A stretch of 64,000 nt of DNA from Bacteroidota bacterium (GCA_043811005.1 JBDRNO010000218.1:6925-70924); one strand, 5' to 3'; counted from the stretch's first letter, positions 26,780-37,598 are shown. Program-made: numbers and translations. The notes: a model not told the origin generated them from the letters alone.

Positions 26780-28027
26780 TTGGTAAGGAGGGAGAGCGAA
26801 TTTCCCTCACGAACACCTATCCCGAAAAATTCATTATTATACGGTTTGCTCACAGATTTCTCAAAACAACTACCAGATGAACGGGATCCATTGCGCATTA
26901 CTCACGGTATGGACAAACTCATCAAGCAGCGTGTTTTCCTTCAGTGTCTTGGTTATGAAGATTGCAACGACAGTGATGAGTTGTCCCATGATCCTTTACT
27001 CAAGGAGTTTTTGGAAAAGAGTCTGGCTTCTCAACCCACACTGAGCCGGTTGGAGAATAGCGTGGATAAACATACGATAAAGGATTTATTGGAATATTGG
27101 ATTGATCGTTATGTATCAAGTATTGACCCTTCCCGTACTCATATTGTTATAGATGTTGATTCCACTGATGACCCGACTTATGGCTGCCAGCAACTGTCCA
27201 TGTTTCATGGTTACTATTACCATCATATGTACCACATTCTTTTGTTTCATGACGCTCATACCGGGCAGGTGATACTTCCTTTTCTTCGAGCCGGCAATAC
27301 CCATACTGCTGCCGGTGCGACAGCATTATTGAAAAGAATCGTGGAAAAGATACGCAAGCGCTTTCCAGGGATGAAGATCACCTTACGGGCAGATTCAGGA
27401 TTTTCCGGCCCGGACATCTACCGCCTGGCACAAAGGATGTGTCTTAAGTTTTGTATAGGCATACCGACCAACCAACGACTCAAAGCTTTAACATTGGACA
27501 GCGAAAAAAAAGTAGTTAAAAAATATGTCAGTAAGAATATCAAACATCAACGAGTGGTTGGCCCTTTTTTATACCGGGCCAAAAGCTGGGATACCCCACA
27601 AAATGTATGGGCCAAGGTTGAATCTACCGGAAAAGGATTGAATGTGCGTTATATTATCAGTAATATCGAGCAAAAAGGAAAAGATATCTATTTCGGGTTC
27701 TATGTTCATCGTGCCGAGGCCAGCGAGAACAGGATCAAAGAGTTGAAGAACATGTGCTATGCAGACCGCCTGTCATGTCATAGTTTCTATGCCAATTTCC
27801 TGAGGTTATTCTTCAGCTGCCTGTCTTATGAACTCATGCGGTTGCTCAAGGATGTTATAATCAAAACAAACTACAAAAAAGCCAGCAAGTGGCAGGTACA
27901 TAATATCCGCCTGTTCTTACTCAAAATCGGGGCCTGTGTAAAAAAAAGGGTACGCACTATTACTATCTGCTTCTCAAGAGCTTTTCCAAGACAGGCTTTG
28001 TTCAGGCAGGTGGCTGCTCTTTGTTAA
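26780..28027 (+). mobile_element. IS1380-family DDE transposase gene, probably 5'-truncated or degenerate
   Basis: 415 aa. LASQPTLSRLEN, IVIDVDSTDDPTYG, HGYYYHHMYHILLF, LRAGNTH, ITLRADSGFSGPDIY motifs match the IS1380 layout. No ATG start: TTG inside the REP-like element, frame closed at 26699. About 30 N-terminal residues expected from family members are missing. Terminal inverted repeats not identified. Confidence 0.7.
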
Positions 28028-28358
28028 GCAACCTTTTTTCCATGGTTTCCCTCAAGTTGAGCACCCAATCAACAGGGGGAAATAATGTCCAAACTTTGGT
28101 TTTTGCACGGGTTTGTCGCAAAAACAGCTATTACTTTAGTCAAATGTTGCTCTATCTGCAGAACTGCCTACAGAATTTTCGGATATAGTGCTTTCGAAAC
28201 AGGTTTGATCAGTGATTTAACTTTCAGGGACACGCTCAAGTCTTGTCAAAATCGCCCAATGAATAATGCGGGCTATAAAAACAAACAAGATAGTGAGTAA
28301 ATTCCGATACTATAAAATAAAGTCACTTTCATTGGGAAGGGGATGAAAATCCAAGAGT

Positions 28359-28760
28359 CTAATCATTTATCTCTTTCAACTTCTCCACAAGCAAATTAAA
28401 AAAATTCTGCAGTAGATTTTCCACCAACATTTCCATCATAGGATCAAGTTCGGATTCAAATACTAATTGAGAGTTACACTTATCTTTATCAGTATTATCT
28501 ATTTTACAGCTCAGATTAAATTCAAAAGGGGACTTTACAGTAGATTCAATCCTGATCTCCGAGTTGGGTAGCCTGTCAACGATATGCATACCGATAACTG
28601 GCACTCCTTGTAAGGTAAAAGAACATTCATCTATGGTAGATTCAAAGTTTATAACCTGGTTAGGCATTATTTTTTCAAAATTATTGAAATCACTCAGAAA
28701 ATTGTAAATATTCTCAGAAGAGTTGTTGATTTCAACCTTTTCGCTTTCAATTATCGTCAT
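28359..28760 (-). CDS. SRPBCC (START-like) family protein
   Basis: 133 aa; pattern ..SSENIYNFLSDFNNFEKIMP.. typical of small SRPBCC proteins. Overlaps the upstream hydrolase stop by 4 nt. Confidence 0.45.
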   Translation of the reverse strand: MTIIESEKVEINNSSENIYNFLSDFNNFEKIMPNQVINFESTIDECSFTLQGVPVIGMHIVDRLPNSEIRIESTVKSPFEFNLSCKIDNTDKDKCNSQLVFESELDPMMEMLVENLLQNFFNLLVEKLKEIND

Positions 28761-29635
28761 TTTTTAACAGTATTACTCAATAAAAACGATTTTACATCCA
28801 TTGCAGATTGCTCGGGAATCTCGTCCATAGGTACATGTCCTACATTTTCATATAGAATAAGTGTAGAATTTGGAATATCATTTTTGAAACGATAGCCATG
28901 TTCAACAGGTACCCATGTGTCTGCTTCCCCCCAAAGTATAAGAGTTGGCGATTTAATGTTTTTTATTGCATCTGTATTTCTATCAAATTTCGTATTGGCT
29001 ATGGTAATAAAAGCTTCTTGATTGCCATCCATTAAAAACAGTTCATAATAACGTTCAATTAGCTCTTCTGTGATTTTTTGTTGATCGTAATAGACTTCTT
29101 TGAGAAACCTCTCAATTAATTTGCGCGTGGCCACATATTTGATGAATTTGTTAATGAACGGTGTCTGTGCCATTTTAAAGGGTAGAGGGTAATCTTTTCT
29201 TTTAATATATCCGGCAGCATCAATCAGTATCATCTTATTGATCCTCTCAGGATATTCAAGAGCAAATTCCCAGGCAATCCAACCACCTAATGAACTACCT
29301 GCAATATTGCATCGTTCAACCTGAAGTTCGTTTAATAGTGTTTGTAAGCATGTCATGTAAACGCTCTTGGTGTATTCAGCATTGGTGATATGCCCGGTTA
29401 ATCCGAAACCCGGAAGGTCCAACCTGATGATCCTGAAGTCATTGGATAGCTCTTGTGTCCAGCTATCGAACGTATGAAGCGAAGAAAGCGCTCCGTGAAG
29501 CAGTAATAATGGGTATGTATCAGAAGAGATTGACTCCCTGTTTCGGCATTCCTCATCACGGTAATGTATCTGCATTCCATTTATTTCCATAAACCTGGAG
29601 TGCTCATTTATATATTTTTCCTTTATCTTTTCCAT
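28757..29635 (-). CDS. Alpha/beta-fold hydrolase
   Basis: 292 aa; LLLLHG oxyanion region, nucleophile elbow AGSSLGG, C-terminal GHVPMDE. Confidence 0.75.
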   Translation of the reverse strand: MEKIKEKYINEHSRFMEINGMQIHYRDEECRNRESISSDTYPLLLLHGALSSLHTFDSWTQELSNDFRIIRLDLPGFGLTGHITNAEYTKSVYMTCLQTLLNELQVERCNIAGSSLGGWIAWEFALEYPERINKMILIDAAGYIKRKDYPLPFKMAQTPFINKFIKYVATRKLIERFLKEVYYDQQKITEELIERYYELFLMDGNQEAFITIANTKFDRNTDAIKNIKSPTLILWGEADTWVPVEHGYRFKNDIPNSTLILYENVGHVPMDEIPEQSAMDVKSFLLSNTVKK

Positions 29636-30003
29636 AGTAGTTTAAAAAAACGAAAAATAGAAATAATATCTTAAATTAGTAGATCAAAATTAAATAACTT
29701 TTCAACAATTTATAATCACTGACATTATTGCAGAATTATGTGCATTTTTATGCCATAATTGCAGGTTTTTAAATAAATGATAAACTGGCTATTAGCCGAA
29801 TATTTCTTCACGGAAAAATTATATACCTGACAGAATCATTCCCATCTAATTGATATTCAGCTATTTATATTTTATTTTTAAAAACCTTATAGGAATAACA
29901 GATATTCATTACAACTGATATGGCATAGATATTGAAGTATGCGTGCATAACTAATTTAAGTTTAACCTTGTTCCGCAATAACGGCACAAATAAAAATTAA
30001 GTC

Positions 30004-30360
30004 ATGAAAAATGAAAGCATTTTTAAGAAAGTCATCTATGCAGGCGTAGGATTGGCTGCAGTAACTGTTGACAAAATTGAAGAAACTGTTAACGAACTCG
30101 TTGATAAAGGAAAACTTTCCGACAGCGAAGGCAAAAAAATCGTTAAAGATTTCTTCGCAAAAACAGATGAAAAAAGAGAAGAATTCGAAGAAAAATTAAA
30201 AACGACAGTAAAGGAGGTCGTTGATAAGTTCAATTTCCTCAAAAAGGATGATTACGAAGTTTTAAAGAAGCGGGTAAAAGAACTGGAAGATGAGTTGGCA
30301 AAGAAAACAGACGATAGTAAAACTTCTCCCGGTAAAGTAAAAGCTACTGTTGTTAATTAA
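30004..30360 (+). CDS. Phasin-family-like coiled-coil protein
   Basis: 118 aa; GVGLAAVTVDKIEETVNELVDKGKLS..EGKKIVKDF resembles COG3937 phasin-like proteins. Followed by a terminator. Confidence 0.45.
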   Translation: MKNESIFKKVIYAGVGLAAVTVDKIEETVNELVDKGKLSDSEGKKIVKDFFAKTDEKREEFEEKLKTTVKEVVDKFNFLKKDDYEVLKKRVKELEDELAKKTDDSKTSPGKVKATVVN

Positions 30361-30388
30361 CAGTATATAAAGATGGCTGAAAAATGAA

Positions 30389-30429
30389 ATGCCAGGTCTG
30401 TATTATATAGATCTGGCATTTTTTTTTTA
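30389..30429 (+). terminator. Rho-independent terminator
   Basis: atgccaggtct-gtattatat-agatctggcat (11-bp stem, one mismatch) followed by a run of 10 T. Confidence 0.8.
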
Positions 30430-30680
30430 CACATTATCTAAAAAATATTTACTATTGTAGTGAAAAGGACATAGCTAGGCAAATTTATTAAAAAGGAATT
30501 AATCGGAAACTTCAATGCTTATTTTAATATTTACCTATCTACTATTTACCCGCTCTGTCCTTGTTATTTGTTATTAGTTATTGGTTATTTGTTAAAAAAG
30601 ATGTATCTATGTGCCATTTACACCAAGGTGCATAAATTATGGAATATATAGCAGGAAATAAATCTTTCTAAATTTGAAAC

Positions 30681-30793
30681 AAGTAGGCAATTAACAATAG
30701 GCAGTAGGCAATATGTTTTTTTACCAACTGCATACTGCCAACTGTCAACTTGCCTATTAACATCAACAAAATTATCGTCCGATAGCTGACGGA
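30681..30793. repeat. TGCCAAC/TGCCTAC-word hairpin element ending in palindrome tccgatagctgacgga
   Basis: Arms aagtaggcaattaacaataggcagtaggcaa / ccaactgcatactgccaactgtcaacttgcctatt, then aacatcaacaaaattatcg, then the palindrome at 30778-30793. Homologous copies at 33201-33305 and 48182-48269 (reverse). Confidence 0.75.
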
Positions 30794-30820
30794 TGGTAAA
30801 TTTGCTTTTTTAAGAACCTA

Positions 30821-32555
30821 ATGATAACCATCCAGACTTTTAAAAATATTAAGCGAATACAAAAGATCATACAGGTTTTAATAAAGTATGGTTTTGAAGA
30901 GGTAGTAACGCATACTCCGTTAAAGCAGTTGGTCCCTAAAAAATTGCGATTATCCTGGTTACGGCAGTCTAGACCTGTCTTTGAATATACAGTCTGGGAG
31001 CGCATCAGGATGGTCTTTGAAGAGTTGGGGGCTTCATTCGTCAAACTAGCACAAGTATTAAGTAACCGTACGGATATGCTGCCCGAACCATTGCTCAAAG
31101 AATTTGAAAAACTCCAGGATAAAGTCCCCCCTTTTGAATTTAGTATAGTTAAATCTATAATTGAGAAAGAGACAGGGAAAAAACTTGAAGATACTTTTGA
31201 ATGGTTTGACCAAACACCTCTCGCATCAGCATCTATAGGTCAGGTACACCGTGCAAGATTATCCTCCGGAGGCAGATCCATGCCTACCGACAAGCAAGGC
31301 GCCTTCGGCGGGAATGAGGGGAGATGTTGTTGTTAAAGTACAACGTCCAGGAGTAAAAGAGATAATAAATACTGATATTGACATTCTGACTGAAATCGCC
31401 AGACGGGGTGAGAACTATTTTGAAAAGAATGGTATTACTAATGTTCTTGACGTTGTGAACACTTTTAAGAAAACCATACAAAAGGAGCTGGATTACAACA
31501 GTGAAGCCAGAAATATTGAGCAATTTCGTTTGTATTATATAAATAACAAGAATTTCTACGTGCCTTATGTATATAAAGAAATTTCAACCGACAAGGTTTT
31601 GATAACGGAATTTGCTGAGGGTTGTAAGATAACTGATCTTGAACAATTAAAGGAATGGGGAATTGATCATGTGCAGTTAGCCGAAACTGGCATGCACATC
31701 TATTTATCTCAAATTTTTGAACATGGATTTTTCCATGCCGATCCTCATCCCGGTAATATCATCATCAAAAAAGACGGAGTTATTTGCCTTATAGACTTCG
31801 GAATGTCAGGTAAATTGATAAAAAGGGATAAATATGCGTTTGCAGGATTATTTATAAGCATGGCTCAGCAAAACCCTCAGCGGATGGCTGATAATTTTCA
31901 ACGGCTTGCCATTACACATCAGATAACGAACAGAAAAGTTTTTGAAAGTGACTTGAACGACATCATCGAGGATTTTACCATGCTGGATGTTAGTGAAAGC
32001 AATATGGCTGAACTAGCGGTACGTTATCAGAAAATTATTTATGACTATAAAATGAAAGTACCTGGGGGTGTTTTCCTGATACTTCGCGCATTGGCAATCC
32101 TTGAAGGTATAGGCAAAACTCTGCACCCTACTTTGAACATATTTGAGTTTGTAAAGCCGTACGGAGCCAAACTACTTAAAGAACAATATTCAATTGGGAA
32201 TATTTCGGAAGAAATTATATACCGGTTTACTCAATTTGATTATTTCCTGAGAAGTTTCCCCCGTGAAATGAATGATATTTTGAGAAAAATCAGAAAAGGA
32301 GAACTACATATTGAAGTTGAAGATAAAAAACACGACCATTTCAGAAAAAAAATGGAGATTGTAGCAAACCGGCTTATTCTGGCTTTTATAATAGGAACAC
32401 TTATTATAGCATCTTCAATAATGATGACCACTGATCATACCTCTGGAATTACTACTTCAAACGGCATACCTTACTTCAGCATATTCGGATTCTCTTTATC
32501 GGCTTTTTTGGGATTTATATTATTTGTTTCTATGTGGAGAAGCGGGGGGGAATAA
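30821..32555 (+). pseudogene. ubiB: UbiB/ABC1 (AarF) family atypical kinase, reading frame broken by a GC-rich insert
   Basis: ORF 30821..31336 carries ..LASASIGQVHRARL. ORF 31251..32555 continues in the +1 frame with ..GDVVVKVQRPGV...HADPHPGN...IDFG. In intact family members about 5 residues separate these motifs; here 58 nt (31262-31319, much more GC-rich than its flanks) intervene. Confidence 0.75.
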
Positions 32556-32580
32556 ATTTAAGGTTCATCACAATAATTGA

Positions 32581-33180
32581 TCAGAACGGAATATGAATTA
32601 TCCCAATCTGGATCAATCCAACCATAAAACCTACAACAGCACCTATAAATTCGATGAATCTGAACTCACTTTCAAGAATGTCCAAAATCAGCTTTTCCAA
32701 TTGTGCGGTAGAAAAGACAGCAACTTTCTGCCGGATTATTTCCTCGATATCTAAAGAAGCTTCAATATTAGCAACAGTCTGGTCAATCATCTCAGGTGCT
32801 ATTTTATTCATCTCGTTCATAAATTCCTGTTTTATTTTTATTTTGGATTTCTTTCTTACGAATAAAGATATCACCGGATATTTGGATGGAAAAGTGTTTT
32901 CGAGGTAGTCCTCGAGTTTTCTTTCAATATTTTGATTGATCTGAGCAACATTTTTGGGGTGTTTGATGATCGCCTGAATTTCTTTAACGGATAACAGGTC
33001 ATCCGCAACAAGTTTACCGATCTTTACAGCCAATAACTGCTGCCTTTTAGGAAACACTCCCTGTATTTCGAAAAACAGGATCTTTACCTTCTTCCGGGGA
33101 TGAAATAACATTTTAACCGCCAGAAAATTTGTAAACCAACCTATTACGGCTGCGATTATCGGAAGTGTATAGATGAACAT
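32581..33180 (-). CDS. DUF445-family membrane protein
   Basis: 199 aa; IGWFTNFLAVKMLFHPRK...GVFPKRQ pattern. Confidence 0.55.
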   Translation of the reverse strand: MFIYTLPIIAAVIGWFTNFLAVKMLFHPRKKVKILFFEIQGVFPKRQQLLAVKIGKLVADDLLSVKEIQAIIKHPKNVAQINQNIERKLEDYLENTFPSKYPVISLFVRKKSKIKIKQEFMNEMNKIAPEMIDQTVANIEASLDIEEIIRQKVAVFSTAQLEKLILDILESEFRFIEFIGAVVGFMVGLIQIGIIHIPF

Positions 33181-33200
33181 TAAATTTTACTAAATATTAT

Positions 33201-33305
33201 GCAAGTAGGCATCCGATAGCTAACGGATTGACAGTAGGAAGTAAGCAATTTTTTCTTTTATACCAACTACATACTGTCAACTTGTCAATTAACACCAACA
33301 AATTA
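33201..33305. repeat. TGCCAAC-word hairpin element with palindrome tccgatagctaacgga inserted in its left arm
   Basis: gcaagtaggca[tccgatagctaacgga]ttgacagtaggaagtaagcaa...taccaactacatactgtcaacttgtcaattaacaccaacaaatta. The homologous copy at 30681 lacks the palindrome at this position. Confidence 0.75.
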
Positions 33306-33325
33306 AAGCTAATATGTAAGTCTTT

Positions 33326-33979
33326 TTAAACCTTAAGGGTCCATTTCCAATTACCTGGGTCTTCCCTCCAGCTCTTTAGTACAGTAAGTTCCTTGTCATT
33401 GATGTATCCTGATTGTAATGCTTGCTGAATAAGTATTTCGTAGTTGCATAAAGTAACTAACGGGCATTTGGCTTTATTGAAATTGTCGGAGGCTACCTTA
33501 AATCCATAAGTAAATATAGCAACCATACCCTTAACGATACAATCTGCTTCTTTCAACGCTTTAACGGCATTTATACTGCTTTTTCCGGTTGATATTAAAT
33601 CTTCAACAACAACAATTGATTGACCGGGTTGTACATTTCCCTCTATCCTTTTTTTTAGTCCGTGTTTTTTATCATCAGTACGAACATATACGAAAGGTAA
33701 TCCCAACTGTTCTGCAGCCAGTACCCCGTGAGCTATCCCGGCAGTTGCAACTCCTGCAATAACATCCGGTTTCCCGTATTTTTCAAAAATGGCAACAGCT
33801 AATTGCTGGCGAATATAGGTTCTGATATCCGTATATGATAATATTTTCCTGTTGTCACAATATATGGGTGATTTCCAACCGGAAGCCCATGTAAAGGGAT
33901 TTGCAGGTTGCAATATTATTGCTTTAATTTGCAGTAGGGATTTGGCTATTTTTAATGCCGTTTCTTTATTTAAAATCAT
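33326..33979 (-). CDS. pyrE: Orotate phosphoribosyltransferase
   Basis: PRPP motif IVVVEDLISTGKSS; N-terminal ..PFTWASGWKSPIYCDNRK. Start set to Met-12 of the track ORF (MILNKETALK..), which fits family N-termini. Confidence 0.85.
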   Translation of the reverse strand: MILNKETALKIAKSLLQIKAIILQPANPFTWASGWKSPIYCDNRKILSYTDIRTYIRQQLAVAIFEKYGKPDVIAGVATAGIAHGVLAAEQLGLPFVYVRTDDKKHGLKKRIEGNVQPGQSIVVVEDLISTGKSSINAVKALKEADCIVKGMVAIFTYGFKVASDNFNKAKCPLVTLCNYEILIQQALQSGYINDKELTVLKSWREDPGNWKWTLKV

Positions 33980-33986
33980 GCTGTAA

Positions 33987-34598
33987 ATGTATAAAATTTT
34001 CATTAATGACAAGCCACTTATTTTAACTGATGATATAAATTATTATCGGGAAGCGGAGTACAGCATACTTTTAAAGTTTGACACAACAGAGGGCTTACTG
34101 CTTGCAGTAGAAGCATTAGAGAGCCAGGAGAAAGTTGAAAGTTTATTTGTTGTTCATGATGACCTGGCATATTTATGGGAAGCTTTTAGCTCAAATTATA
34201 CTATTATTGAAGCAGCCGGCGGGATGGTTAAAAACCCGAAGGATGAAATACTATTTATTCACCGCCTCAACAAATGGGATCTGCCTAAAGGAAAAATAAA
34301 AGAAGGCGAAAATCCTGAAAAGGCAGCTATCAGGGAAGTAGAGGAAGAATGCGGCATAAGTGAACTATCAATAATAAAGCTATTACCCCCAACCTATCAT
34401 ACATATACCCGGGACAATAAAAAGTTATTGAAAAAAACATATTGGTTTGAGATGTATTATAAAGGGGACAACCGGTTAAAACCTCAAGCAGAAGAAGAAA
34501 TTAAGGAAGCGAAATGGTTTAGCGAGAATGAGATCAATAATATTTTAGATAATACATACAATTCAATAAGGGAATTGGTTGATTTGTATATTGGTTAG
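33987..34598 (+). CDS. NUDIX hydrolase
   Basis: 203 aa; Nudix box GKIKEGENPEKAAIREVEEECGI. Confidence 0.8.
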   Translation: MYKIFINDKPLILTDDINYYREAEYSILLKFDTTEGLLLAVEALESQEKVESLFVVHDDLAYLWEAFSSNYTIIEAAGGMVKNPKDEILFIHRLNKWDLPKGKIKEGENPEKAAIREVEEECGISELSIIKLLPPTYHTYTRDNKKLLKKTYWFEMYYKGDNRLKPQAEEEIKEAKWFSENEINNILDNTYNSIRELVDLYIG

Positions 34599-34654
34599 TT
34601 AATTATTAAAGTTATATTCTTGACTGTTTAATACTTAATATCCCATTTCTCCAA

Positions 34655-36157
34655 TTACCAATTTTCTTTACTTCCAACCTTTGATTTTTTTGTTTTTGGT
34701 TTTGTTAATTCATAAAACAACCTTTCTATTCCACCACTAGGTCGCTTCGCAGGAGATTGCTTAAGATTGCCATCTTTATCAATTAAAAAATACATAGGGA
34801 TTGATCTTATATTGTAATCCTTTTTCACCTTCTTATAGTTACCATAATGCAGGAATGTCCAGCCCATGCCGATATGCCCTATATCATACTTGTTATTCTT
34901 CAAAAATTCCTTCATGGTTGAAAAATGTTTATCAGTTGATATACTGATGAACTCAATTTGGTCACTATATTTTTCTTTTAGCTTGACAGTTAATCTCATT
35001 TCCTGTAAACAAGGTGCGCACCATGTTGCCCAGAAGTCCAAATAAACATATTTGCCCTTAAAATCGCTTAACTTTACCAGATTTCCATATTGGTCAAACA
35101 GCTCAAAATCAGGGGCTTTTGAACCAGAACTTAATTTCAATAATAACTTTTTGATGTTTTGAGCGATCTTTTTATGTTCTGCAATTTGGCTTTTTACACC
35201 AATCGAATCTAATATATCAAGGATGCTATTTTTCTTAAACTCAGGTTTGTAGTAAATTTCATGCAATCCCTTTAACAATATCAATTCTCTTAATGTGTCG
35301 TTATTTAATAATTTGTCTTTACCCAGATCTCTCATCAGCTCTTCATAACTTTTATTCACATTGACAATAGTTGTTATGCCTTCGCCTTCAGGAGATAAAG
35401 ATTTCATCAAGAGGTGATTGGAAAAATAATGAGTTATAAAATCCATGTATTCATAATGGCTACTCTTTACAGGAACTGATAAGATATATTTTTCTTCCAT
35501 CAATTTCTTGTTGTTTTTAAGTGTTATTTGTTCAATTGAGGCAAATTTGTAATGCATAAATGTTTTAAAATAACTGTTCCCGGTTCCTGTTCCGGCAGTA
35601 TGGGGATTGGAATATTTTTCATTCATCATAACAATAAAGCTGTCTGCTTTTGCCTTTCCTCCGCCCTGTATAAGTATAGGATAATATTTATAAATGAATT
35701 CATTATAATGAATGTTAAAATCTCTTATTATAATATTCAATTCTTTATCGTCAGCATTTATGAACTCTATTTGTTTTTCGGTTTCTGTATCCGGAGAAGG
35801 GGAAAGGTCAGCATTATAGTGCGGAAAAATTATTTCATATATTAAACCCGGTTCTATGTAAAGTGTTTTGTCTGTTTCATCTATCCTGATCTTAGCATAA
35901 GTTGTATATGGAATACTGTCTTTCCGCAGTAACTTATGAGGGGGCGGGAATATTAATTCGAAGTTTCCCTCATCATCAATCTTACTTGCAGCTAATTCTT
36001 TTTCAGTGAAAGCCAGGTAGTCATCATAAACTATCACGGATATCTCCTCTCCTTCATAACCTGTGGTTTTGCCTTTAATGGTAATGTTTTGAGCAAAACA
36101 ATCAGTAATAAATATAAGGAAATAGGTTAATATAAAAAAAATAGAAAACCTGATCAT
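34655..36157 (-). CDS. TlpA/AhpC-family thioredoxin-fold thiol-disulfide oxidoreductase with N-terminal extension
   Basis: 500 aa; signal peptide; C-terminal domain with YVYLDFWATWCAPC active site. Confidence 0.75.
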   Translation of the reverse strand: MIRFSIFFILTYFLIFITDCFAQNITIKGKTTGYEGEEISVIVYDDYLAFTEKELAASKIDDEGNFELIFPPPHKLLRKDSIPYTTYAKIRIDETDKTLYIEPGLIYEIIFPHYNADLSPSPDTETEKQIEFINADDKELNIIIRDFNIHYNEFIYKYYPILIQGGGKAKADSFIVMMNEKYSNPHTAGTGTGNSYFKTFMHYKFASIEQITLKNNKKLMEEKYILSVPVKSSHYEYMDFITHYFSNHLLMKSLSPEGEGITTIVNVNKSYEELMRDLGKDKLLNNDTLRELILLKGLHEIYYKPEFKKNSILDILDSIGVKSQIAEHKKIAQNIKKLLLKLSSGSKAPDFELFDQYGNLVKLSDFKGKYVYLDFWATWCAPCLQEMRLTVKLKEKYSDQIEFISISTDKHFSTMKEFLKNNKYDIGHIGMGWTFLHYGNYKKVKKDYNIRSIPMYFLIDKDGNLKQSPAKRPSGGIERLFYELTKPKTKKSKVGSKENW

Positions 36158-36220
36158 TGTTTAAATGGTTAAATGGTTCGATTGTTAAATTGTTCAATTG
36201 TTGAATTGCTAAATTCAATC

Positions 36221-36682
36221 TTAAATCAAATCGACTCCTTCAGGAACAAACTGGCTTGCATCACCGCCACAACTCAGTATATCACGAACAATTGTTGAAT
36301 TTATTGCCGATAATTCAGGGATGGAAAGGATAAATACGGTTTCGATCTCAAGTACCATTGCTTTGTTCATCAGGGCGATAGTGCGTTCAAATTCAAAGTC
36401 GGCAGATGTTCGGAGACCCCTTAATATATATTGAGCATTTATTTCATTACAGAAGTCAACTGTCAACCCTTCATATTTCTCTATTCTTACTGTTACTTCA
36501 TTGACAAAGACCTTATTAAGCCAATCAATTCTTTTTTCTAAAGGAAAATAATGCTCTTTGGTAGAATTAATGCCAATAGCTATCACGATCTCATCAAAAA
36601 GAGGAATAGCCCTTTTAACAATTGATTCGTGCCCTTTTGTGATAGGGTCAAAAGAGCCGGGGAATACTGCGGTTTTTTTCAT
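36221..36682 (-). CDS. coaD: Pantetheine-phosphate adenylyltransferase
   Basis: 153 aa; AVFPGSFDPITKGHESIV, ILRGLR, ISST-like motifs. Confidence 0.9.
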   Translation of the reverse strand: MKKTAVFPGSFDPITKGHESIVKRAIPLFDEIVIAIGINSTKEHYFPLEKRIDWLNKVFVNEVTVRIEKYEGLTVDFCNEINAQYILRGLRTSADFEFERTIALMNKAMVLEIETVFILSIPELSAINSTIVRDILSCGGDASQFVPEGVDLI

Positions 36683-36814
36683 GGTGAAATATTAAAGGCA
36701 AGCATAAAGCCAGTTTTTATTACCAAATTTTCAAATTCAGTCGAATCTACAGTTATAAATAAACGTAATAGTATATTTTATATTACCAAATATACCAAAA
36801 TATAAAAAATCAAC

Positions 36815-37345
36815 TCATAAAAATATACTAAAATTCACCTCCCCATATCTCCTCTTCTCCAAAAAATGTTTATGTTTAGAAAAATCAGTCTTTTTTTTAT
36901 GTTCAATGATCAGCCAGCCGTTATTTTTTAAGAGCTTATTATCAAACACCAATTCAGCGATCAGATCAATACCTTCCAATTCATAAGGGGGGTCAGCAAA
37001 GATAATGCCATAATGATCCTTACAATCTGCGAGGTATTTAAACGCATTGTTTTTAATAATGTTAATATTTTCAAAACCCAATGCTAGTGTAATTTTCTTT
37101 ATGAATTGTAAGCACTTATGGTTCACATCAACTGACGTAATGTCATTTGCCCCTCTCGATGCAAATTCATACGATATATTTCCCGTCCCGGTAAAAAGGT
37201 CAAGGACATTTAAGCTCTCAAAATCGAAATAGTTGGACATGATATTAAACAAGCTCTCTTTTGCAAAGTCAGTTGTAGGGCGTACGGGAAGGTTTTTAGG
37301 AGGATTTATCCGCCTCCCTTTATGTGTTCCGCTTATGATCCGCAT
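36815..37345 (-). CDS. rsmD: 16S rRNA (guanine966-N2)-methyltransferase
   Basis: 176 aa; MRIISGTHKGRRI, LDLFTGTGN, FADPPYE. Confidence 0.85.
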   Translation of the reverse strand: MRIISGTHKGRRINPPKNLPVRPTTDFAKESLFNIMSNYFDFESLNVLDLFTGTGNISYEFASRGANDITSVDVNHKCLQFIKKITLALGFENINIIKNNAFKYLADCKDHYGIIFADPPYELEGIDLIAELVFDNKLLKNNGWLIIEHKKKTDFSKHKHFLEKRRYGEVNFSIFL

Positions 37346-37414
37346 AAGGTTAGCTAATTAATAGTATCGGAATTTCAATATTTAAACCCGATATGCTGTT
37401 AATTAATCTTTTAA

Positions 37415-37598
37415 ATTTAATAATCAGGTGCTGGGTGCTGGGTTCTGGGCACTGGGTTCCAGGTTGTTAGTTTTATACTCAAACTCTGTAACCAGTACAT
37501 ACCACCCAGCACACAGCAACCAGTATCCAGCAACATTATCTTATATATAATTAACTCAATTTAAAATATTTTTTTTAATCAATTTACAAAGTTATGTT
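37415..37598 (-). repeat. Dispersed ~180-bp hairpin repeat, copy B (inverted relative to copy A)
   Basis: Reverse complement aligns with 26291-26464. Contains the empty-site version ttttttaatcaatttacaaagttatgtt (37571-37598). Confidence 0.8.

Noticed and set aside
26640-28200. Terminal inverted repeats for the IS1380-like element (26650s versus 28185-28200)
   Set aside because: Only about 11 of 13 matching positions by eye, with no target-site duplication. Too weak to define the IS boundaries.
31251-32555. ORF 31251..32555 as an independent gene
   Set aside because: Its first ~23 codons are the GC-rich insert read in another frame (GTG start). The conserved sequence begins at GDVVVKVQRPG, which is the continuation of the ubiB-like gene.
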